NCBI GenBank assembly: GCA_030248215.1
Contig: JASANG010000627.1
Location: 558,001 to 601,813, forward strand
Reading direction: 5' to 3'
Source of the DNA: Enoplolaimus lenunculus
Taxonomy: Eukaryota
DNA: 43,813 nucleotides
In this document: in pieces, positions 24,284 through 35,400 of the stretch
Numbering within the stretch: the first letter of the stretch is position 1
Layout: every line of letters starts with the position of its first letter
Made by a program: the position numbers and the translations under genes
The notes under the pieces: model-generated
What the model was told of the DNA's origin: nothing
Databases searched by the model: none
The model's input: the letters and a program-made list of their open reading frames with translations, nothing else

Positions 24284-26747
24284 TCACGTGTTTCTATGGC
24301 CAGGAATAGGATCATCTCTTCCAGACGAACCTACCACAATTTGTCCTGAAACACCATATGGTAGTCATGAAACATAAAACGTCATCATTTTACTTATTGC
24401 AACACAGCAATAAACTACTGTTAGCAATAATGACATGTTTACACGATAAGTTATTCAAGCGGTCTAAATAATCAGCGAGCGCCTGCAGGGTGCGCAGAGA
24501 AATAACTTCTTAAACAAGAAAGCTGCTGAAAATTAAACTTTACCGAGTGTACGTTTTCCAGAGTTGCCAGATTTATTATCTCGATCCGCCGGCACCGTCC
24601 TAATATTCACAGGAACAATAGGATTTATCGATTCACACGAGCAAGGTTTACAGACTGGCGTGGCTTCCGATTCCGCGATGAGATCAGCCTTCAAGGTATT
24701 TACTGCAAAACAAAGAAGCAAATAATTTGTTTAAACATTTTGCAAATGATATTTTACGGAACTCTGAAACCACCTTAATCTCTGAACCGGAACCTTATCT
24801 CCGGTTTTTTAATTTCCCTAAAATAAAACGCAGTTTGCGTGGTAACGATAAAACGAACTTATTGTTAAGTTGGAAAGTTTTTGAAGCTTGCAGACATGGT
24901 TGTTGCAGAAACCAAACTTAAGTCAACCTCTGACTAAAGTGAACGTTGAACTTAAGTCTTTAAAGATAGAAGATATTGACAAATACACAGCTCCAAATTG
25001 TATTGCTTAATTGTTTAATCTTATTGCAAAGTCGGCAAGAAGATCAAATCTGGTGACTTAAGTCAAAGATGCAAAACTTATGTGAAATCTTTACGTAAAT
25101 CAGAATTGCACTTTAAACTCACGTCCCTACAATTCAGCCAATGTCTGGATTTCCAAACCCAACCTGAATCATATATGATTATGTATGTAACTGCGTAAGT
25201 ATTTACTGACTAAATAGTTGACCGATTCGTCACTTCTAACGCAAACTTACAGATAACATACTAACATTCGTTTTAAAACCTCGCTATGTACCTCTGCGGT
25301 ATAATAAAATAAAAAAACTATGCCTGCCTTGCTATCGCATTCGCCTTGTCAGAAAATTACCGTATAACATACCTTTCGTTTCGGTGTCTTCATGTTGTTG
25401 ATGTGCGTCGAAACGTGATAAATCTCGCGCTCCACGTTCGGAAACCACGTCGTCAACATGCGATATTTTTGTCGAGTTTGAAGCGAACTAAACACGTATA
25501 ACATAATTATCATTGCTACAAAATGCAACAGAAATTTTAATAATATGAATACCTCACTTTAAAAACACCAAGTAGTTTGTAATAGGGTAGACCACTGCCT
25601 CTTGACAACATTTTATTGCTACCTTCCAGCGCCGTCTGCCGTCAGACGGCGCCGAACGGTATCGTATGCAAATTGCAATGAATTTGTAAATAAGTTATTC
25701 TTAACTTACAGTCTTCCGAAGCCGTCCGACTCCTTCACGGCAAGTGTAGCGCTACCCTCTACTCACAATAATTCTAGTTCAAATACTATTAACAATATCC
25801 ATTTAATAACAGCTACGTAAATTATTACAAAATTCGGACCATTATGCAACGAAGCTAATTAGTAACAAAACTAAAAATGTATAGCCGTTATAGTTATGGT
25901 AAAAAATTTAGTCGGCATATTTTTCACTTTTATACAGTGGTATTCCGAACACAAAATATAATCGGGTTTGCGCCATTAAACTATATCAGGGATGCGCTTA
26001 AATGTGTATGCAACGTCTGTATGCAAGCAAACCAAGGGATTGTGTTATGTTTTACACTATTAAAATGAAACACATAATCCTATAATAAAATTTTTTTTCA
26101 ATAAACGTGCCACGACCGAATAAGCGTTTCTTGCAAGCTTTTTACCTTTGCAACATATCCTGGATCCCAGAAAAACAAATAGTACAGCGATAACATAACA
26201 GCAGGTGTCGAGACAAACACTATATAACCAAATACTGTTGCGAGACGAATCCAGCTAAAATAATACACGCATTACGCACAAGTATATTGTTATTATTAGA
26301 AAACATTAAACGAACAAATCACGTTGCAACTAGCATTCAGTAACCATTTGCTGTAGAGTACACTACGATAAACTAATTGCTCTTTGTGTATATGTAATTA
26401 ACATGCAATGCAGTGTGCAGCAAGTATAAATACTCCACAACAATGACAGTCACGTAAAGGCTCAAATTTCAAATTTTTGTTCCTGTACCTGTGTAGTGAT
26501 GGTAACCGCCTAGCAACTCTGAGCTTGACGATTTAACTTCTAGTTTGAAATCAAATTTCAAATGTCCAAAAGTTTGACACAGGTTATCAACTACTAACTT
26601 TTTACTGGTTCGTTGACTAAATTTGTTACGTCGTTTATCAGTCGTATACACCGGTACTTTGTTGTTCATCCGAACAGGAGTTGTTGTTGCTGCTGTTTCT
26701 GTTGCTGCATTTTCACGATGCAGAATATTGTTAGCCATTTTGTTCAT
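24284..26747 (-). CDS. InaF-motif-containing single-pass membrane protein (INAFM-like), 5 exons, about 197 aa
   Basis: Exons 26599-26747, 26146-26254, 25373-25487, 24544-24702, 24284-24345 with GT-AG boundaries and matching phases. Translation includes PVYTTDKRRNKFSQRTSKN-WIRLATVFGYIVFVSTPAVMLSLYYLFFWDP, which matches the InaF motif (KKWVRLATVxAYVxxVSxxAIxLxxYYxxxW). Exons 1-2 are secure; exons 3-5 rest on splice signals and open frames only. Confidence 0.8.
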
Positions 26748-27060
26748 AAAACAGCAATTTTATCGTACACAAATGAAAATTTTAAAAAGTCAATGCTTAA
26801 AGAGCTAGAATAAAATAAATAACTGTACTATTAAATAACCAAGGTGGGAAATGTCAGATATACACGTAGGGCAGTACCAATAGCGTAGCCATTAAGGGGC
26901 TTAAGGGGTTAAACAACCGTACCCTCTAAAATTTTTAGGAAGTATTTTAGATGGCAAAAACACTCCTGCCTTCGAAATCTATATCAAACGTGATACCCAC
27001 CAACATTCCAAAAAATGACTACCACCCTGGATAGTGCTTTTTGCAAAAATTGCAAAACAC

Positions 27061-28118
27061 CAGGGATGTGCGGTCTCGGTGTCAGTCTCTGTAAGTCTCG
27101 GGATTTGGCTGGTCTCGGTCTCGCTTTTTTGAGCCTCGGTGTGTTTCAAACCGAGTCCGAAGGAGAAAGACAAGACCTCGTTTTTTCTGCTCAATGTTCA
27201 CAATAAACAGACGTCAGTTGTAACGGTCGATTTTTGACTGTAAATTTTGTGCTGTTTTTATGCGGAATTCACGTTTTATCCGGGGCAGGCGGGTCACGGT
27301 TTGACCCATATCGATTCGACGTCAACGTAAAAACTCGGGCTCTTATATCTGGTTAAGAGACAAAACTCAAATTTCACATGACATTAGTTTGCAAACCACC
27401 GCTCTCAAATGTTCAACGGGTACAAGAGTCGGTATGTCACGTGATACTGTGTGATATTTATGCCAATATCATATGATATTCCAAAATTTCAACAAATACC
27501 ATATGATATTCAGCGGGACGGTGTAATCTTTGGATGCTGAAAGATAAATGGAAAGTCAGACGGCACTACGGCAGAGGTGCAGATGTGCTTCCAATACCAA
27601 ATACACTTCTGCAAATGGTTTCCGACACAAAATCGTATAAATCCACAGCTTCAGAATCCAAAAATTCAAATGTCGAATTTTAGTATATGATATTCAACAG
27701 GACAATTTGGGTATGTTACCTCAAGTATGCAGTTATTTCAAAATATATATGATTCTGGCAGACAATGCCTCGAATATCATATATTGAAGAACAAAATGTG
27801 ACCCTCACATAACAGCAGACAAATGCGAATTTTTGAATACGATAATACGATGTGGCGTCTATAAGCAGACAAAACGTTACCCAATAGTGTAATAGGGACA
27901 AAACGTGTCCCAAGCTGCCCCGGTTATAACGTGGACTCACCATTAGTATTACTAGCAAATTTGTGGTAATTTTTGTGTTTCATATTATAAATTCTCAGCA
28001 GATGCAACTGTTTATTATGCTCGCTACAATGACACAGAAGTACGCAAAAAGATTCAAAAGTTCTGTTACAAAAAATATTATATGCTCGGTAGTCTCGGAC
28101 AGAGACCGCAGATCCCTG
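27061..28118. mobile_element. hAT-like non-autonomous element (CAGGGATGTGCGGTCTC TIR)
   Basis: TIRs CAGGGATGTGCGGTCTC / GAGACCGCAGATCCCTG, perfect 8-bp TSD CAAAACAC, subterminal GGTCTC repeats. Confidence 0.9.
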
Positions 28119-28997
28119 CAAAACACAACATCAATGTGTGAACGAAGACGGTGTTATTATACTCGCCCCTCGCACCCGAACAGGTCCGAGGACCCCTACC
28201 CATTTAAACGTTTCGGAGCTCTAAAACTTCATGGTCATCAAAAACTTGTTTGCCCATATGAGCCGCCAAGGGTCGATTCTCCCCCCCAATTGTGGGTTTC
28301 CGCCGGCACTGAGTGTCAACAACGATTGAAACCATAGTAAACTATTTGCCTGATGAGCGTTTGGAGTCAAAGGTTCAAAACACAAAAATTGCGAACACTC
28401 AGGTTGCTTCATACAGTATTACACACCGCTGTTAAAAAATTCGGCCGATGTAAAACCAGGGGTGGAACAGTATTATAAACATATTCCGAAGCCTAAACGC
28501 CAGAATGAGCATATCGCTAAGTCTAAGCCTAATCCAATCAAAAAATTAGTCTAAAGCTTAAGATTACTCTATTCTAGTCCCACAGAAAAACGTTCCGCAT
28601 CTGATCTTTAAATGGGTCAAAAATACAAAGTGCTGGACATAAAGACTTCAGCATCTGTATCGCTCAACCAGATATTAACATAGTACTACATACAAAACCA
28701 GCAACAAGAAAGTTTATTTCAAATGAAGGAACAATTACAAACAAAAACAGCAAACTTAGACCAATAAACAACGCTTAGAGTAGACACTTCAATGAAGAAG
28801 AAAACTACTCATATAAGCTTCATGAATTCTTTGGGAAGGTTTTACCACATAATCTGCACGTTTTAGGTTCAGCATTGCGTAATGTTATCTAGTTTCTTTT
28901 AAAACGAGTAATAATGACAAAACAATATAATAGGGTAACAAAACTTAAAAACTACACAAGGACTTTTGAAAAAAAACTGCATAATATAACAAACAGG

Positions 28998-29252
28998 CAG
29001 GCTGCAACCGGAATTCCAGTTCCGGTAGGAAAATTCGGTATTTCTTACTATCCGGTTTCGGTCACAAATCCGGTATTTCATCACCGGAATTTTCCGGGAT
29101 TTTGGCATTGTAACTGGTGTGTTTACATCATTAAAAGCGATAAAATAGCGTTAAAAATGAATTTTTCGGTAACAAGTGTTTTTATTTTCCGGTCGCCGCT
29201 CCGGTTCTTTTAACTTTCCGGTTTCGGTATTTTATAATTCCGATTGCAAGTG
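28998..29252. mobile_element. Degenerate CAGGGTGCAA-family MITE just downstream of CCT3
   Basis: CAGGCTGCAACCGGAATT ... AATTCCGATTGCA, TTCCGG motifs. Confidence 0.65.
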
Positions 29253-29429
29253 AAAATCTCTCTGGTGTTATTGTAAACATAATGCACGATGGGATAGAGG
29301 ATTTTGTAGTGAATTCAAAACAAAAACTGCTTCCCAAGCGAAATTATAACTAGTGACTTACTCGCAAACAAACACACAATAAAAATTCATTGCAAATCGC
29401 TAAAGAAAAAGAAAGATTATCGAATAAAA

Positions 29430-32400
29430 CTAATCTGCTTCTGGCGGTGCTGCAGGTTCATTGCTTTCAGGTTGGGGTGCAGGCATATCGGGATCTTTCT
29501 TCTTTGTTCCACTTACAATGTCATCAATGCGCAACAACAAAATTGCCGACTACAATACAAAATTGTAAAATTTTGCATAACTAAACACAGTTTACATCAA
29601 GAGTGTTAATTTGGCAACATTTTATGTACGAAAGAATGTAACCAGCGCGCATTGCATTTTATGTTCGTACCAAAAATTGCTACTTATATTTAAAGATCAC
29701 AAGTGACATCGCCTCCCTTAGAAGTTGGCAGGCCCAGGTTAAAAACGCAACGCGTGCTGACACTCTGAGCCCCTTCCAAAAAACAGGTAAGTTGCAAACT
29801 CTTAAATATAGTCATTATCAACTCTTGATAATTAAAAGCTCCGCCAAATAATAAAATCACGAACGTCTCATTATAAAAATATAATTGTTATGAAGATTTA
29901 ATTTAGTTTTCAGCAATATAATACAATGTTACGCATCATTACAAAAGGCATCTTAATTGCACCTCACTTGCTTACCTCAATAGCCGTTTTAAACGTTTGA
30001 ACTCGAACAGCCAGCGGTTCCCAAATACCGTACTCGTTCATGTCGACAAGTTTACCGGTTGTCCCATCTACGCCCCATGTCGCTCCGCCTACTTGAGCAT
30101 GTTTCGCCTGCAACACAACAGCTTGCCTTGTATCAGTTATTATCTCACAAATACTACAAGCTTGAAACGGTATAAATACAATTAAAATATTGGACGCGTT
30201 AAAAAACTGACTTAAAATGAATAAATGAAATGGGTTATTTTGCTTTGACTATTCTAAATATAAAGACAGCGTACCAACTTACCCTCAAAGCAGTCAACGT
30301 TCGTATAGTATTTCCACCGCAATTCTGAATAAGTGTGCGCGGAATAACTTCAAGAGCACGAGCAATTGCAGCATACGGCCATTGCCGCACACCTTGGATT
30401 GATTTCGACTTTTCGTTCAACATCTTAAAACAATATCTCTATCGATCAGCTCGTGTCAGTTTTTTGGATCATTTCATACATATTCTAATTCTGCAAAAAA
30501 GGCCATCTACAACCTAAAGTAGAAACCCGCACACATTGTGCATTAAAATTTCGTTAAAATTTTAAAGCAGTAAAGGATGTTACCACCATATACATTTGCA
30601 GAAAAAAAACCAAAACTTCAGTGAAAATCTGACTGTGCAACTGTAACACCGATAACTACATAATACTCATCACAATCTGACGTCCAAATAGAAGGCAAAA
30701 TGGTAGTGAGAATAGGATGGCACACAATCAATTCTGAAACATGAACCAAATGCTTTCCGAAACCTAAGAGATTACGCTAATTTTACTGTACGCTGTTCCC
30801 TATACTAAACTAACTTGAGCTATTGCCATTTCGGTTGCGCCACCGCCTGGAACAATTCTCGGATCACGGAACAAATTGCGAACTGTTGCCATTGCGTCTT
30901 GCAAATTGCGTTCAACTTCGTTCAGTACATCTTTACTCGCGCCACGAAGGACAACCGTACACGCTTTAGCGACGTCACCACATTCAACAAAACAAAAATA
31001 CCTAAAAACAAGGTTTAAACATTTTTGCAAAAGCAATTTTTCGATGTACTGTCGGCGAAATACAAACTGGTTATCAAGAAATCGAGACTAAAACATTTGT
31101 CGTGATTGGTGCATTTCTTGCGCTGAAGTTACTTTAAAACACAAACAAAAAATACTGAACCATACTCATCGCCAATTTTTCGAACATCGTACAACTTTGC
31201 GTTTGTGCCAACATCTTCTTCTCGCAAATCTGACGGCTCATGAACAATACGAGCGCCACACGCTCTACAAATACATACCAGAGGTTTTAAAGAGTAATAA
31301 AATCACAAAACACATCTCTAAAAGATGGCTTAAAATGAGCCACAGTTTCACAGCCACACATACGATCAGCAAAACAACAAGCTGCATAATTAATAAAACA
31401 ACTAAATAGCAACACAAATATATAACGAACCAACCTTGCCAAACGATTATTGTCTGTCTTTTTCAGGCGGCGAAACGCAGTGATTCCAGCTTTGACAAGA
31501 AAATGTTGCGCTAAGTCGGATATACCTTTTTCAGTGAATACCATGTCTGGTTTCATCCTGGAAAAATGACATTATTAAATTAGGTTTACGACAATGTCAT
31601 ATAACAATGACAGCTTGTTCACACAAAATATTCGAGTTTTTGTTTTTACAATGCTCTTTCACCTGATATATTAATGTTACCTAGCTAAGTCTTCGAATGC
31701 AACATTCAATTCAGAAGTAAAATTGGAAATCATCATTCACACTGAAAACGTTATCCACCTGATAATTGCGTCACACATTTTTCGAATAGCTTCTTCTTCC
31801 AACTCTAGAACTCGAGTAAAGTCTTCGTCTTTGACAAAATCAATTTGAGTCTGTAAAAAGCAAGTACATTGATTAATCAGCCAGAAGATTACGATTTATA
31901 TCCTGTCCGCATGTATAAATGTTAAAGGTAAAATCATGACTCAGTCATAAATAGATCTACAAGTTTTGGAAATTAAAAATCAGTAGAAGCGGTACGTTGA
32001 ACATTGCTAGTAAAACTTTAGATAAGGACATAAAAATCTAAACGGTGCCGACACGGCTCGGTCAACCATGGATCTATGTGTTTTTGTACATAAAAACTAA
32101 ACTGTAGAATTACCTGGCTTTCTCCCTTTTTATATTCTAAGTTGCAATCCAACAAAACTATTCGTGGATTTTCAATTCGACGTCGCATTTTCGCATGCAC
32201 TATGTCTTTATTCAATACGACTCCTTTCACTACACAAGAATCTTCAATGGATCCACCCGGAATCTAAAATTCAGAGCCAACGTGAGTTTTTTCTTTAAAA
32301 AACGACCAAATAGACGGACATAAACGAATTGCACGTTAATAATTATCAAGCAAGCCACAAAATTACATCGATGCCGTAGTACAACCTATTGTTAACTTAT

Positions 32401-35400
32401 GCTATAACATCCTATTAGCATAGAACTAAATTTATCCGAGTCCGCAGTAATCTTTTCTAACCATAAGCAATATACGGTACATCGGCTACAATGCGCAAGA
32501 ATCTATAAAATTTTATAGCTGAATGCAATAATAAAAACTCCCCACGACTGCTGTACTGTACTATGCGTGAATACAGCTTATCAACAAACCAGCTAACACT
32601 TAAAGTTTAACTTGCCTTTTCTATCCGTGCAAACCGTTTCAAATCAATTTCAACGCGCCCTTGATCCTCAGTGCGAACAGTTTTCACAGCTTCGAGTGCA
32701 AGTTTCACAGCTAAATCCATCCAACGAGAGATCATTTTTGTATTCAGGCACGATTGAACAACTTTGAGAATAGCCGCTTCATCCGCGGTGTCTATAGTCA
32801 CACTGAAAATGTAAAAACAACACCCACTTATAAAATACACAGTGAAGTGCACCCCACACAAACGCACAGCAGTGCGTAAAGACAAGATACACATCATGCG
32901 GAGCTCCAACGGACGAATCCAAGCACATTTATTAGATTAGCCGACACTCGACGTAGTTGCACAACAGTTCGCCAAATTTTTACCCTAGAAATTGCTTGAA
33001 GTAACCCAAAAGAAGTTAACGAACTCGTATAACAGGTCACCTAAAACCCTACACGATCACTACGGCATACTTTATGGTACCGCGATTTAGAAAAATAGCG
33101 ACAAGAATGTTTGAAAGGTCAACACCCTGCATCATAAAGTAAAAATGTATGCCGGAACTTATACAACGCTTTTCAATAACGAATTTTAAACAACTTTTAC
33201 TCAAGGCAACACAACACAAATCATATCTCTACTTTATGGCGAAACTCTTACATACATTACGTTACTGTCTTAGAATTAACTACAGTTACTGAATGGTTTT
33301 AACACAGCTTGACTATCTGAAAAAAACGGATTCTTTTATTCTTAATTTCGTTTTCGAAAACATAGCTTGAGCATTGAAAAATTGCAGGCGTTGAATCTAA
33401 GATATAAGAAACATGCTATGTCTAGTTTTACCATTCATATATAGTCTACTCCTGCTATATATCCTAAAATTTCACATTTAACTAAACTATTTATGTAACC
33501 AAACTATAGTGTTTTCATTTCCATATTTGCTCTAAAATAACTATTTTACAATTTCCGTTTTATAAGATTTCAGCTGCTATATAGTCACCTGACATTCAGG
33601 CTCCATATAGAATTTTAGTATCAACCATTCCAATATTAATTACTTATGCAATCATAATTTCGTCATACCTTAAACGATCCTGGCATATCACTATGATATC
33701 CTCTAGAGCCAAACGGAACGCTTGAATAATTACGGTTGGATGCATTTTCTGTTCTAAGAAAGGCTCGGCAACTGATAACACTTCTCCAGCTAAAACCAAC
33801 AAACCGATTATAAACATAATGCTTTCGAGATCTGAAGAATAAACACAAAGCAAATCAGTTTCTGTATAAGACAACATTAACACCCACTAGTACTACTCAC
33901 GCAGTATTATATCGAAATGCTTTTGTATAACACAGAATTACTTCTTAGTACTTCATACTAAAATACGGAAAATCTAACCTAGAATGATAACGGAAGTTGT
34001 TCCATCGCCAACTTCTTCGTCTTGAGTTCGACTGATTTCAATCATTGACTTAGCAGCAGGATGTTGAACTTGTATCTAAAATACACTTCAGCATACAACT
34101 ATGTATCTTCCGTAAAATCTTGGTTGCGGAATGCGGTGTATCAAAATATTTACATGTGCGTCGTGTATATCTCGGGAAATGTTAGCATCCGGTTTGCCAG
34201 CTACACGTTTGCAGTTTTGCACTTGTTGATCTTTGTAATACTTTCAAAGCCTATACAATATATACCATATTGCTCATATTGTGCGGAAAATGTAAAAATG
34301 ACATATTGAAATCAGACGACTCATTATAATCACCATTGTCACGTCATGCAATTAAGTGAAACAACCAATCTCCTATACGAGAATAATTTGTAACCTTGAA
34401 GTACTTTGATATATTCAAGGTTTAAGCTAATGAATCGGCCCGACTACTGACAACTAAAATGGTTCTGACAATTCCGAGACAAGTAAAGCGGCGCTACACA
34501 AGCCACATTTCTATAATTTAGTAGATAATGCAGTCTATAGCGTTACTTCACGAAGAATAGCATTTCCATCGTTCGTCATAACGATTCCTCCCATTGGGTC
34601 CATTAACATCTGAAAAAGAAGAATTCTGTGCATAAATGTAATACACATACCTCGTAATACGGCAAAATGTCAATGTTTAGCTCCAAAATAGAATAATCAT
34701 AAGTTATCGTCACTATGATTGTTCGTGTGCTTGACAAATGACGTAAAACTTGAACACAATATCAATACTAACACATGGCAGAGATACACTAAACAAGTCT
34801 TACTTTCAACATAGCTCGTGGTCCTAAACAAGTACGAATAACATCCGCGATTGCCTGGAACACACAAATTCATAGCATCAAGAATACTTCACGATGTCTT
34901 ACATAAAATGAGCAATCCTGCTGAAGGAATTTAACACCTCATTGCTCACAGATCACACAAATTTAAAAAACAGTCTGATATACAAACCTCGTTTTAGCAG
35001 TACAAGACATCACACAGCCTATCAGTAAAAAGAAAACCCTAACAGTTTTAAAAATACGTTACAATTTTGAAAATCGGAAGCTTGGGTCACATAAAGCGCT
35101 GTTTACAATAAGAAATTTTGGTTGGGCACAAAAAATGTCATAGGTAGGGTTTACTATGTATGTTAGGAAAATATAAAATTTGTCACGTTAACTTACCTTT
35201 ACACTTTTTTCATTAACCCTACCCTAACGCGGGTCACAGAGCATTTTGTTATAGGCTTTAGAGTAGAGCTAATGGGATATTTGCCCTACATATATTTATA
35301 TATATACAATTTGCAGGCTATATATAGCTGTGGCTGATGAATTATAGCGCAAACGCAATTTTGTTGCAATTAAACGTGCATTTTCGCAAATTATTCAAGT

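Noticed and set aside
26469..26598. 3' half of ORF 26469-26747 as coding sequence
   Set aside because: InaF motif continuity requires the donor at 26598, so the remainder is intron read-through.
28160..28400. GC-rich stretch as an ncRNA (RNase P/MRP, or hammerhead via CTGATGAG)
   Set aside because: No CR-I/CR-V motifs and no GAAA core with closing stems. The CAGTGCCGGCGG end looks like a truncated MITE.
31711..31736. C and D boxes in cct-3 intron 9
   Set aside because: Only about 25 nt apart, too short for a snoRNA.
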